A stretch of DNA of 43,009 nucleotides from a virus (Duplodnaviria; Caudoviricetes). The position numbers were made by a program, and so were the translations under genes. Positions 10,368 to 18,626 of the stretch are shown here, piece after piece. The notes beneath the pieces are model-generated. The model made no database searches. It saw only the letters and a list, made by a program, of their open reading frames with translations, and was not told the origin of the DNA. Within the stretch, counting starts at the first letter, position 1; every line of letters begins with the position of its first letter. Location of the stretch: positions 1 through 43,009 of the IMG/VR virus record IMGVR_UViG_3300049828_000108; one strand, given 5' to 3'.

Positions 10368-10802
10368 ATGGACGCAGCACTGGCGATCATTAGAAAATTT
10401 GAAGGTCTGCGACTAAAAGCATATCTCTGTCCAGCTGGATTGTGGACAATCGGTTACGGATCAACAAAAATTAATAATCGTGATGTCATCGAATCAGACA
10501 CCTGTACTGCAGAAGAGGCCGAGGCCATGCTGGTTGAGACTGTTTCGCGATTAAAGTTTTCAGTCAGACGAATGGTTAAGCGAGAGTTAAAACAAAACGA
10601 GTACGACGCTCTAATTAGTTTTGCATATAATGTCGGTCTTGGTAATTTTCAAAAATCATCAATGTTAATTTTAATAAACGCATCGGCACCGCCAAGTGTT
10701 ATTGCTCAAGAGTTTCCTCGGTGGAACAAATCAAAAGGAAAAGTTTTGGCTGGATTAATTGCGCGACGAAAAGAAGAACAGGACTTGTATCTTGGACGCT
10801 GA
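10368..10802 (+). CDS. Endolysin, GH24 (T4-type) lysozyme
   Basis: FEGLRLKAYLCPAGLWTIGYG catalytic region, ALISFAYNVG and GLIARRKEE motifs. Confidence 0.93.
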   Translation: MDAALAIIRKFEGLRLKAYLCPAGLWTIGYGSTKINNRDVIESDTCTAEEAEAMLVETVSRLKFSVRRMVKRELKQNEYDALISFAYNVGLGNFQKSSMLILINASAPPSVIAQEFPRWNKSKGKVLAGLIARRKEEQDLYLGR

Positions 10803-10862
10803 TCAAACAAAGCAAAGCATTTTATTGGCTTTCGTAATCTTAATGTTTTTAATTTGGGTGGC

Positions 10863-11087
10863 ATGGTTTTGAAAAAATTTAATTCACGAAAATTAATGAT
10901 GACTGTTTTCTCAATTACCATGTGTCTGTACTCACTCGATCTTGTCAAAAAACTGGGCTATAATTATCTTGAAACTGTGGTTATAATACCCACAATAATT
11001 GGCGCGATTGCAGTTATGTGTGCGGCGTATGTAACTGGTCAAGCCAAAGTGGACATAAATCAAAACGCAGGAAAAAAAAATGAGTGA
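10863..11087 (+). CDS. Holin candidate (2 TM)
   Basis: SRKL followed by two hydrophobic segments and a basic C-terminus, in the lysis cassette. ATG 10863 preferred over TTG 10854. Confidence 0.6.
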   Translation: MVLKKFNSRKLMMTVFSITMCLYSLDLVKKLGYNYLETVVIIPTIIGAIAVMCAAYVTGQAKVDINQNAGKKNE

Positions 11088-11301
11088 ACTAATTAGTATG
11101 ATTATTTTGTTGTTTGCTGGTGGCATAAGTTCTTTCCTTTATATGAAAAAAAAGGGTGCAGAAAATGTACAAAAAGATCAGAATAAAATTAACAACAAAT
11201 CCACCGAGGTGATTAGTGAAACTAATTCTATGTCTGACGATGAGCTTGATGCTAACATCAAACGCAAACTCGGCGACGTTAAGTACGCCGAACGCAAATA
11301 A
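11080..11301 (+). CDS. i-spanin (Rz-like) candidate
   Basis: N-terminal TM plus periplasmic helical region, overlapped by the next gene. Confidence 0.5.
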   Translation: MSELISMIILLFAGGISSFLYMKKKGAENVQKDQNKINNKSTEVISETNSMSDDELDANIKRKLGDVKYAERK

Positions 11302-11509
11302 ATTTTGTTATAATCGCGAACAAGCTGAAAAAATTAACTACTGCCTAGAAATGCAAAAGGTTTACGAAGAGATCCAGCTCACCAGGCTGAACAGTCCTGA
11401 ATTAAATCCACCGCCAAAATTAGAGTTTTGGGATACCGAGATTGGTAAAGTTTTAATTTTTGCCGCTGGCGTCGGCCTTGGCGCTGCCGTTACCGTATCG
11501 TTTAAATAA
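11216..11509 (+). CDS. Exported protein with C-terminal TM, atypical spanin partner candidate
   Basis: Signal-peptide-like N-terminus, Pro-rich stretch and C-terminal hydrophobic helix. Overlaps the Rz-like gene in another frame. Confidence 0.45.
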   Translation: MKLILCLTMSLMLTSNANSATLSTPNANKFCYNREQAEKINYCLEMQKVYEEIQLTRLNSPELNPPPKLEFWDTEIGKVLIFAAGVGLGAAVTVSFK

Positions 11510-11569
11510 AGCACGGACGCTGGGTAACGGCTCACGGACGAGCCTCTAATTTCTGGACTTAATAAAAAC

Positions 11570-11615
11570 AAAAAAAAACCGAAATAAATAGCGTGAGATT
11601 CGTACCCTCACACGC
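11570..11615 (-). terminator. Putative intrinsic terminator of the leftward operon
   Basis: Hairpin at 11591-11615 followed on the minus strand by TATTTATTTCGG and a T9 run. Confidence 0.4.
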
Positions 11616-11664
11616 AAGACTATCTTAGCGTGGCCACGTCCGTCCTTGCGTGGCTGCGCTCCTC

Positions 11665-12039
11665 TTATAAATAATCTCGCATTTCATTTTCGTGAAAACT
11701 TAAATAGTCGTTCATCTGCTCTTGAGTGGCAGAGCATTGGTTAATTAAATACGCAGTTTCTTTTGGACCGAGTTCTAAAAATAATCCAAGCTCATTGCAT
11801 TCCTGTTCTGATACAGGATAATCCAATTGCTTGGTGGACCAGATGATTTTATCGACAAGTCCAAATCCTGAGAAAAAATAATCAGCCTCATCTTTTAATT
11901 TCTGTGGCGCATGTTTATCAAACAGAGGAACGCTTATCACGCCAAGCGCGTCCACCTCTAAATTAAACGTCGATAAAATACGATCAAGTTTTTGGTTAAT
12001 TTCGTTTCGCTGTTGCAATAGTTTTCTAAGTGTTTCCAT
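11665..12039 (-). CDS. Hypothetical protein
   Basis: 124-aa ORF whose start overlaps the stop of the upstream lipoprotein gene. Confidence 0.65.
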   Translation of the reverse strand: METLRKLLQQRNEINQKLDRILSTFNLEVDALGVISVPLFDKHAPQKLKDEADYFFSGFGLVDKIIWSTKQLDYPVSEQECNELGLFLELGPKETAYLINQCSATQEQMNDYLSFHENEMRDYL

Positions 12040-12470
12040 TATTCTAAGTTTCCCATTGGCGTATAAATTTCTGTTGATCCATCACAAGTTAATCCCATCT
12101 TTCCACGGTTTACTCCAGATGGATAAATTCTGTATTCGCATTCTGTATATGCAGGCGCGGCTGGGCAGTTAGAGGTAGTGCCGCCGACTGATTTCTTCAA
12201 AGTAATTTTCATAATTCCATGGTCTGAATCGCCATCAACTTCATAATCAAATTCAGCCTCGCAGTGTGGGATGGTTCCTGTGCAATTTGAATACAGATTA
12301 TATAAAGAGCGATTGGAGTTTAACCAGGCACGCTGAAACATTCCTTGGCAAACTTTTGAAACAACTGGCGTTTGACCAGGTGTTGCTGGAGCAAAAGAAG
12401 TTGGACTGCTTGAATCCTTAGCGCATGATGCAAAACATAAAACTACTAATAATAAAATTGACTTGTTCAT
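12039..12470 (-). CDS. Cys-rich lipoprotein (superinfection-exclusion candidate)
   Basis: MNKSILLLVVLCFAS|C lipobox, Ser/Pro linker and six further Cys. Start moved to ATG 12470. Confidence 0.75.
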   Translation of the reverse strand: MNKSILLLVVLCFASCAKDSSSPTSFAPATPGQTPVVSKVCQGMFQRAWLNSNRSLYNLYSNCTGTIPHCEAEFDYEVDGDSDHGIMKITLKKSVGGTTSNCPAAPAYTECEYRIYPSGVNRGKMGLTCDGSTEIYTPMGNLE

Positions 12471-12476
12471 TACATA

Positions 12477-12505
12477 AGTATACATAATAGTGGCACACTA
12501 GTCAA
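12477..12505 (-). promoter_or_regulatory. Sigma70-type promoter TTGACT-N17-TATACT
   Basis: -35 at 12505-12500 and -10 at 12482-12477 on the minus strand. Predicted +1 falls at ATG 12470. Confidence 0.7.
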
Positions 12506-12523
12506 TACAAATAAAGGATAATA

Positions 12524-12712
12524 ATGAAGTCAAAAATACCAAAAGACAAGGGCTTGTCTCGTCATACAAAACAAAAGAGCAATTTGAAACATACCAGTTT
12601 GCGTCTCAATCAGGCGCACTGTAAACGCTTTGAGGATATGAACGTCAACCTGTCGTCATGGATTCGTGAGAAAATGGATCAAGCATTAAGGGACATCGAC
12701 AGTGGAAAATAA
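12524..12712 (+). CDS. Ribbon-helix-helix (Arc/CopG-like) DNA-binding protein
   Basis: KHTSLRL strand followed by two helices (NVNLSSWIREKMDQAL). First gene of the rightward operon with an AAGGA RBS. Confidence 0.7.
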   Translation: MKSKIPKDKGLSRHTKQKSNLKHTSLRLNQAHCKRFEDMNVNLSSWIREKMDQALRDIDSGK

Positions 12713-13598
12713 AATTTCAATCATACCTGAATCAAAAGAACACTGGCTCAAACTGAGACATAAAAATATTAACTCAACCGAGGTCAGTTGTTTGTATAAT
12801 GCTAACCCATATCAGACTGAATTTGAATTGTATCATCATAAACGCTCAGAGGATTATGTTTCAATCGAAGAGTCTGAGCCAATGAAATGGGGGTCTCGCC
12901 TACAAGATGCGATCGCTTATGGCGTGGCTGCAGATCAGGGCTGGAAAAATCCACGGCCAATGAAAGAATACATTTATTTATCTGATGTTCGATTAGGTTC
13001 GTCGTTTGACTTTGAGGTTAACGATAACGAGATCCTTGAAATCAAGAACGTCAGCGAGCGCGTATACGGCAAGTCCTGGTCTGAGGATGAGGCGCCACCA
13101 CACATCGAGCTACAGGTCCAAGTTCAAATGCTAGTGAGTGGAAAGCATAAAGCGTACATCTGTGCATTAGTTGGCGGCAATAGTGTAAAAATTATAGAGC
13201 GTAAGTTTATGCCATCTGTAGGTGAATCTATTTTAAAAAAGGTAAACCATTTTTGGACCAGAACAGAGGAACCAAAAATAGATTATGAGCGCGACGCTGA
13301 TTTTATTAAAACATTATACCAGGATACAGATCCAAATAAAGTTATCGATGGCGATGATACAATGCTGGCGCTTGCTCAAAAATACAATGCGCTTGCAAGC
13401 CAGATCTCTTTAGCAGAACAACAAAAGAAAGCAGTCCAAGCTCAACTGTTGATGCTCGCAAAAGATGCTGAAAAAGTTAAGCATGAAAAATTTACACTGT
13501 CGTTAGGTCAGGTAAAGGAGTCCATAGTTGAGCGCCACGTTCGCGCTGCTCGTAGAAATTTTAGACTGACGATGCGTGGTGCTGATGAGCAGGGGTAA
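12702..13598 (+). CDS. YqaJ-like (lambda-exonuclease family) recombination nuclease
   Basis: [25 protein letters not shown]...LEIK and QVQVQM motifs. Confidence 0.9.
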   Translation: MENKISIIPESKEHWLKLRHKNINSTEVSCLYNANPYQTEFELYHHKRSEDYVSIEESEPMKWGSRLQDAIAYGVAADQGWKNPRPMKEYIYLSDVRLGSSFDFEVNDNEILEIKNVSERVYGKSWSEDEAPPHIELQVQVQMLVSGKHKAYICALVGGNSVKIIERKFMPSVGESILKKVNHFWTRTEEPKIDYERDADFIKTLYQDTDPNKVIDGDDTMLALAQKYNALASQISLAEQQKKAVQAQLLMLAKDAEKVKHEKFTLSLGQVKESIVERHVRAARRNFRLTMRGADEQG

Positions 13599-14037
13599 TG
13601 CGTATAAACATGGGATGATCGACACGCCAGAGTACAACACTTGGCATTTGATAAGGAGTCGTTGCTACAACAAAAACAATAGAAACTGGAAACAATATGG
13701 TGGACGTGGAATTAAGGTTTGCGATCGGTGGAAAAATTCGTTTGAAAACTTTTTTGCAGACATGGGACCAAGGCCGCCAGAAAAATATTCTATAGACCGC
13801 ATAGATAACAATGGAAATTATGAGCCAGGAAATTGTCGCTGGGCCACAAGATCTGAACAAAATTCTAATCGAAGGCTAACGTCGCTTAGTAGCACAGGGG
13901 TAAGATACATCAGGCTTGATGGCAAATCGTATGTGGCGCGACCGTATAAAAATGGAATAAGAAAATACATAGGATCATTTAAAACAATGAAAGAAGCAAA
14001 GAAAGCAGTAAAGGAATATTTATGTCAAAAGAACTAA
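13585..14037 (+). CDS. HNH endonuclease with AP2-like C-terminal DNA-binding domain
   Basis: [32 protein letters not shown] and STGVRYI...[11 protein letters not shown]. Confidence 0.85.
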   Translation: MSRGNAYKHGMIDTPEYNTWHLIRSRCYNKNNRNWKQYGGRGIKVCDRWKNSFENFFADMGPRPPEKYSIDRIDNNGNYEPGNCRWATRSEQNSNRRLTSLSSTGVRYIRLDGKSYVARPYKNGIRKYIGSFKTMKEAKKAVKEYLCQKN

Positions 14038-14810
14038 CATCAGTCGATTCATTAAAAAGAACATTAACAAGCATGGCTACGCAGTTTAAAGCGGCACTGC
14101 CGCCACACATACCGCACGAGCGATTCGTTAGGGTTATTCAAACAGCAATATCTCAAAATCCTGCGCTAGTTAAAGCTGACCGAACAAGTTTTCTTTCTGC
14201 CTGCATGAGGCTCGCAGAAAAAGGATTAGAGCCGAACGGAGCAGACGCTGCGTTGGTTATGTTTGGCGAAAAGGTTACGCCTATGGTTATGATAGCAGGC
14301 TTGCTGCGATTAATTAGAAACTCAGGTGAACTGAAAAGCATTACGTCTCAACTGGTTTACAAGAATGATAAGTTTAAATATTACGTTGATAGTGAGGGTG
14401 AACATATCGAGCACGAACCAAATCTATTCTCTGATCGTGGCGACATGATAGGGTGTTACGCGATTGCAAGGACCAACGACAACGGAATTTACATAGAAGT
14501 TATGACAATGGCTGACATAGAAAAAATCAAGAAGTCGTCGCGGTCTGCAGGCAGTGGACCTTGGGTTTCTTGGTTTGATCAGATGGCAAAAAAAAGCGTG
14601 TTACGTCGCTTAGCAAAACGACTGCCATCATCGACCGACATCGAACAAGTTCTTAGTGACGACGACAAGGCTGAGTTTGTAAACGATCAGCCAGCGCAAG
14701 CCTCGCAACAGCCTGAACAGCAAGATGACGCAATTGACGTATCACCAGCGCCAGAGGCTAAAAAATCTAAACTTGAAAAAATCGTTGAGGCGAGCGAGGT
14801 TCCAATCTAA
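14022..14810 (+). CDS. recT: RecT family single-strand annealing protein
   Basis: [10 protein letters not shown]...[26 protein letters not shown]. Paired with YqaJ. Confidence 0.92.
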   Translation: MSKELTSVDSLKRTLTSMATQFKAALPPHIPHERFVRVIQTAISQNPALVKADRTSFLSACMRLAEKGLEPNGADAALVMFGEKVTPMVMIAGLLRLIRNSGELKSITSQLVYKNDKFKYYVDSEGEHIEHEPNLFSDRGDMIGCYAIARTNDNGIYIEVMTMADIEKIKKSSRSAGSGPWVSWFDQMAKKSVLRRLAKRLPSSTDIEQVLSDDDKAEFVNDQPAQASQQPEQQDDAIDVSPAPEAKKSKLEKIVEASEVPI

Positions 14811-15019
14811 TGGACGAGATGATTGAAAAGTTTAAAAAGCACGATTGGTTTTATGAGTACCTTGAGGACGGTGGCCAGTGGCGCGAGGCTGCGCAAAAGC
14901 ACCGTGAGCTTATGGCCGAGGTTCGTAAGCTGCCGATGAATCAAGTGGCTCAGTTAATAGAGTACGTGCCTGTGGAGGCTCGCATCAGATTTGGTTCTGA
15001 TGTCGGGATCATTTCGTAA
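14810..15019 (+). CDS. Hypothetical protein
   Basis: 69 aa, HDWFYEYLED motif, TAATG-coupled to recT. Confidence 0.7.
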   Translation: MDEMIEKFKKHDWFYEYLEDGGQWREAAQKHRELMAEVRKLPMNQVAQLIEYVPVEARIRFGSDVGIIS

Positions 15020-15021
15020 TT

Positions 15022-15168
15022 ATGAGCGATTTAATTTTTAAAATATTAATCACATTGTTTTGTGTTGGCGCTATTTCCTTTATAACCTACAGGCTCGGAT
15101 GGGTTACTGGTTACGAAAAGGGGTACAAGCAAGGCGAGTACGACCAATACATGGGAATGGGGGAGTAG
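15022..15168 (+). CDS. Small membrane protein (48 aa, not in the ORF track)
   Basis: Own translation MSDLIFKILITLFCVGAISFITYRLGWVTGYEKGYKQGEYDQYMGMGE: TM plus GYxxG repeats, fills the gap. Confidence 0.65.
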   Translation: MSDLIFKILITLFCVGAISFITYRLGWVTGYEKGYKQGEYDQYMGMGE

Positions 15169-15170
15169 CC

Positions 15171-15311
15171 ATGTGGTGGTTTATAGCAACAGTGATCTGC
15201 TGGTTTTTAATTATATCGTGCGTGACAACTGAATGTAGAAAAGTTTGTCCACCAAGATTAAACGGTGGGTGCGAAGAACAGTGTCGCGACCGAGGGGAGT
15301 GGGAAAAATGA
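15171..15311 (+). CDS. Small Cys-rich membrane/lipoprotein (46 aa)
   Basis: GGGAG RBS, MWWFIATVICWFLIIS|C and four further Cys. Confidence 0.55.
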   Translation: MWWFIATVICWFLIISCVTTECRKVCPPRLNGGCEEQCRDRGEWEK

Positions 15312-15880
15312 TATTCGATCGATTTGGTTTGCCAAAAGATGCTGGTGCATCAGATCTGCAGGACTCAGCGCGTGCCGCTGGGTTATGTGTTTTGTTTGGG
15401 CTACATCCAGAAATAGATTTATCGCTGTATACGAACGGCAAAGGACAATATTGGCGACATCCAAGTGAGTTTATTTACTCAATGAGCCGAGATCAAACTA
15501 TCTGTTTGTTTGCTGGTATGTGGAAACAGAAATTATTTCATTTGGTTAATCCAAATTATAATACCGAGGGCGATCTCGTTAGTCCTGCTGTGCGTGGACA
15601 TTTCCGTAGATGTGCTCGTTTGGATTCTAGTTGGTTTCAAGATGCGTGGCTGATGGCTGACGTTTACGCTCACGCCTGGTTCACTCCGACAGGTGAATCG
15701 AATCAGTTAATTTCGATGATGATGGTGGCAGATCCAAAATTCCTGCGTGCCTGGTGCAAGCTGAACAAACACTGGCGAACATCGATTCAGATTTATTGGT
15801 ACATGGGTGAGGGCGCGTGGCGCGGAGAACGTGAACTCGGTGAAAAAATGATTAAGGTTATAGAGGAAAAAATAAAATGA
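15308..15880 (+). CDS. Hypothetical, enzyme-like protein (190 aa)
   Basis: ATG 15308 overlaps the upstream stop (ATGA). Trp-rich, with DLQDS, RHP, SRDQ and ESNQ motifs. Confidence 0.7.
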   Translation: MIFDRFGLPKDAGASDLQDSARAAGLCVLFGLHPEIDLSLYTNGKGQYWRHPSEFIYSMSRDQTICLFAGMWKQKLFHLVNPNYNTEGDLVSPAVRGHFRRCARLDSSWFQDAWLMADVYAHAWFTPTGESNQLISMMMVADPKFLRAWCKLNKHWRTSIQIYWYMGEGAWRGERELGEKMIKVIEEKIK

Positions 15881-16068
15881 CTTGGTTAGAGTGGGTGTTA
15901 ATCGTAGGATTTTTCTGGGCGCTTGTTAAATACAGCTCGCAGAAATTAGAAAACAAAATGTTAAAAACTCAGCTCGACTCGTACATCGAGGATCGCGGTG
16001 ATCTGATTAAGAAACTCGACGCTGCGGTTGATGAAAATTTAAAACTGAATCGGCAGTTAAATGGATAA
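15877..16068 (+). CDS. Small membrane-anchored coiled-coil protein
   Basis: N-terminal TM, GAGGA RBS, ATGA coupling. Confidence 0.65.
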   Translation: MTWLEWVLIVGFFWALVKYSSQKLENKMLKTQLDSYIEDRGDLIKKLDAAVDENLKLNRQLNG

Positions 16069-16156
16069 GTTATTGGCCATGCTGATTCTTGGCTCTGGAT
16101 TATTTGTATTAATTCTGGTGGCAGCGTTGCTCGTCAGACTAACAGTGAGGTGTTAA
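16061..16156 (+). CDS. 31-aa single-TM peptide (not in track)
   Basis: MDKLLAMLILGSGLFVLILVAALLVRLTVRC, tightly packed between neighbours. Confidence 0.5.
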   Translation: MDKLLAMLILGSGLFVLILVAALLVRLTVRC

Positions 16157-16327
16157 ATGAACTTAAAAAAACTATGGAATAAATTTCCAATTCGGATTAT
16201 GTGGCAGAAAGAAGAACAGCTGCACCTGGGCGCTGTCATTCAGTTCGATCGAGGACTCGCAATTTTATTATTTAATTTAAGTATTATGATCACTTGGAAT
16301 GGCAATCGCCAGCCAGAGGATATGTGA
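16157..16327 (+). CDS. Hypothetical 56-aa protein (not in track)
   Basis: GAGGTG RBS, MNLKKLWNKFPIRIMWQ...; stop overlaps the next GTG. Confidence 0.55.
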   Translation: MNLKKLWNKFPIRIMWQKEEQLHLGAVIQFDRGLAILLFNLSIMITWNGNRQPEDM

Positions 16328-16677
16328 GAGATTTTTTTAAGCCAGAGGATTTTAAATTTGGAGACGATGGCAGTCCACTAAGCGAGGCAACAAAACTTTT
16401 TGGAATAAAAGAAGAGTCTGCAAGAACGGCTAACGCCAAACTAAACGCTCTGATTGAATCGTGGCCTGTAGTTTATGGATACAAAGCGCCAGGCGATCAC
16501 CTTATAATGTCCACGGATAGAAAATTAGTAACTTTAATTTACTCTGCCAGACTCGCGTTCATTAAAGAAATGCTTGAAGAGCCGTGCTTGCATGAGCCAG
16601 AGCTGTCTCTTTGTGGTCAGTACCATAAGTGCAAACATTGCGGAGTCGAGCTTGTAGCAGAATGGCGGGTTAAGTGA
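16324..16677 (+). CDS. Hypothetical protein with C-terminal Cys/His zinc-ribbon-like motif
   Basis: GAGGA RBS before GTG 16324; CLHEP...CKHC. Confidence 0.65.
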   Translation: MRDFFKPEDFKFGDDGSPLSEATKLFGIKEESARTANAKLNALIESWPVVYGYKAPGDHLIMSTDRKLVTLIYSARLAFIKEMLEEPCLHEPELSLCGQYHKCKHCGVELVAEWRVK

Positions 16678-16994
16678 AATACAGTTTCCTAGAGTTTGAT
16701 GAACAAGAAGTAGCAAAACTTGGAAAACGACATTGTTGGCCGCCTGTAAAAATTGGTGATGTTTTTGAGAACGGATTTCATGCTGGTGCATTTGCCCAAC
16801 ACTCTAAAGACTCCGCCATATTTAAGCAGCTCATTGAAATTATTGAAATGCAAAATGAAGCGTTGAAACTAATAGCTTTGAAAGATGTTTATGTTGGAGA
16901 AAACGGTTGGCGTGACGAGTATTTTCTTAGCGTTAAGCAAGCAGACGAGGCCCTCGCAGCCGTTGAAAATAAATTAAAGGAGCTTGAGAAGTGA
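16674..16994 (+). CDS. Hypothetical protein
   Basis: 106 aa, GTGA-coupled on both sides. Confidence 0.6.
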   Translation: MKYSFLEFDEQEVAKLGKRHCWPPVKIGDVFENGFHAGAFAQHSKDSAIFKQLIEIIEMQNEALKLIALKDVYVGENGWRDEYFLSVKQADEALAAVENKLKELEK

Positions 16995-17140
16995 AAGAAA
17001 TAAAATTTTATTGTTACTGTTGCGGTTGCAGAATTCAAATAGATGACGATGAAGATATTAGAATTTGCGAAGAATGTAGGACTTGCCCTGATTTTATTGA
17101 TGGGCCATGCAAAGAAACCATGGAGCTTGAAGCCAAATGA
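16991..17140 (+). CDS. Small zinc-ribbon protein (49 aa, not in track)
   Basis: MKEIKFYCYCCGCRIQIDDDEDIRICEECRTCPDFIDGPCKETMELEAK; CxxC...CxxC, coupled on both sides. Confidence 0.65.
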   Translation: MKEIKFYCYCCGCRIQIDDDEDIRICEECRTCPDFIDGPCKETMELEAK

Positions 17141-17388
17141 CCGAAAAACAACGTGAAAAAATGAACGAGCTGGCCAAAAAATTAGGCCATAAAAGTACTG
17201 AGCAGACATATTTTTTAAAGGGCTACACCGCCGCACATAACGACGCTAACGCTATTATAAATAAATTTGAAAAAGCATTTAAAAAACTTGGATGCGATTG
17301 CGGCTATGATTCTGTTGATGGCTACGGCGATTCAACATGTATTCCATGTGATGCCCTTGCTGAGTTGAATAAATGGAGAGACCAGTGA
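17137..17388 (+). CDS. Hypothetical protein with CxC...CxxC
   Basis: 83 aa, ATGA coupling. Confidence 0.65.
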   Translation: MTEKQREKMNELAKKLGHKSTEQTYFLKGYTAAHNDANAIINKFEKAFKKLGCDCGYDSVDGYGDSTCIPCDALAELNKWRDQ

Positions 17389-17582
17389 CGGAGTTAGTTT
17401 ATTACAACGAAGAAAAAGACAATATTTACATAATCGACAACAAATATCGAGTTTGGTTTGCTGACGACTTATTTTGGAAAATTAAGTCTTTAAAAGGAAA
17501 TCGACCAAGATTGATAAAAAGCCTGGAAGAAATCAAAGAAAAAATGAACGAGACAGGCTGTGAATATTTGGGTGATTTATGA
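17385..17582 (+). CDS. Hypothetical protein
   Basis: GGAG RBS before GTG 17385, overlapping the upstream stop. Confidence 0.6.
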   Translation: MTELVYYNEEKDNIYIIDNKYRVWFADDLFWKIKSLKGNRPRLIKSLEEIKEKMNETGCEYLGDL

Positions 17583-18016
17583 CCAAGCCCTATAAAACGC
17601 CAATTAAAAGACAATGGACTTTAAGAATACACTCCAACAATGACGGCGGTGGCTACATTTACAGCGGAGATGATGTTAGTTATCCAGAGGATGACTATTT
17701 AAAAGTGATCTCTGCCGACTGGGTAGAGGCTGAAATAAATAAGCTCAAAACAGAATTGGCATTTTATAAAAACGGCACACAAATAAAAGAAATTCATTAT
17801 GACGAACATCTGTCAATTGAACTCGCAGAATCAAATAAGCAAGTGCAGGAGCTTGTGCAAGCGTTAGAAAAAGCTAAGACAAATTTCAATGATTTTATTG
17901 AGCCAGTTGATTTTGTTTGTTCAGTGAAAGAATTAGAAAAAGCCTGCAAATTATTGGCTATAAATGCAATGCGTGTAATAGATGATGTTTTATCTAAGCA
18001 CAAACTAAAATCTTGA
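17579..18016 (+). CDS. Hypothetical coiled-coil protein
   Basis: 145-aa ORF, ATGA coupling. Confidence 0.65.
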   Translation: MTKPYKTPIKRQWTLRIHSNNDGGGYIYSGDDVSYPEDDYLKVISADWVEAEINKLKTELAFYKNGTQIKEIHYDEHLSIELAESNKQVQELVQALEKAKTNFNDFIEPVDFVCSVKELEKACKLLAINAMRVIDDVLSKHKLKS

Positions 18017-18041
18017 CACCAGATCACCTGGTTAATCTAAT
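18013..18041 (+). promoter_or_regulatory. Putative sigma70 promoter TTGACA-N17-TCTAAT
   Basis: Perfect -35, 5/6 -10 (lacks the conserved -11 A), upstream of a GGAGGA RBS. Confidence 0.5.
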
Positions 18042-18059
18042 TTAAGAACGGAGGATAAT

Positions 18060-18119
18060 ATGGCTAAGAAAAAAGCAATGGCTAAGGCAAAACCTAAACC
18101 AGCACCAAAGAAGAAATAA
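18060..18119 (+). CDS. 19-aa Lys/Ala/Pro micropeptide MAKKKAMAKAKPKPAPKKK (not in track)
   Basis: Strong GGAGGA RBS, promoter upstream, hairpin downstream. Confidence 0.6.
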   Translation: MAKKKAMAKAKPKPAPKKK

Positions 18120-18125
18120 TTTACT

Positions 18126-18153
18126 GGCGCCTGGCTAATCGGGCGCTCGGTTT
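18126..18153 (+). terminator. GC-rich hairpin after the micropeptide
   Basis: GGCGCCTG-gctaat-CGGGCGCT stem with only a short U tract. Confidence 0.4.
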
Positions 18154-18164
18154 ACGAGGTAAAA

Positions 18165-18626
18165 ATGAAGGGCAACATACGCATGGAAATTTTAACGGCA
18201 GTTCTTTTATATTTTGCTGGCGTGGTCACGTTTTATTTATTTAGCACTTATCAATCTGGCAAGGACTCGCACAAGTTGACTGAGGAATTTAATCAATACA
18301 AAGTATCAACGACGAATGCGATTATCGATCTTAGGAATACTTTGAACTCAAACATTCAAACCATTGGAAATGCAAACGTGGCGATTGAAAAATTGAGAAA
18401 AGATCTGGCCTGCTACACTGAAAAAGTTGACAAGTCAGATAAGGAAATTGAAAACTTGCAAGAGCACTGTATTAAATTGCGTGAATCAATTATAGATGTT
18501 CGCGAGGTTGTTGCTGGTAAACGTCCGATCCACAGACACCAGCCGATTTCAGTGACCATTTCACCTCAGGTGTTAAAGCCTGGTGATATGATTAATAAAG
18601 TTAAGAAACAGTTAAAGGATTTTTAA
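18165..18626 (+). CDS. Membrane-anchored coiled-coil protein
   Basis: N-terminal TM and a long heptad region; GAGG RBS. Confidence 0.7.
   Translation: MKGNIRMEILTAVLLYFAGVVTFYLFSTYQSGKDSHKLTEEFNQYKVSTTNAIIDLRNTLNSNIQTIGNANVAIEKLRKDLACYTEKVDKSDKEIENLQEHCIKLRESIIDVREVVAGKRPIHRHQPISVTISPQVLKPGDMINKVKKQLKDF

Noticed and set aside
13585-14037. Group I intron hosting the HNH gene
   Set aside because: Both flanking genes are complete and overlap the HNH ORF, leaving no room for an intron core.
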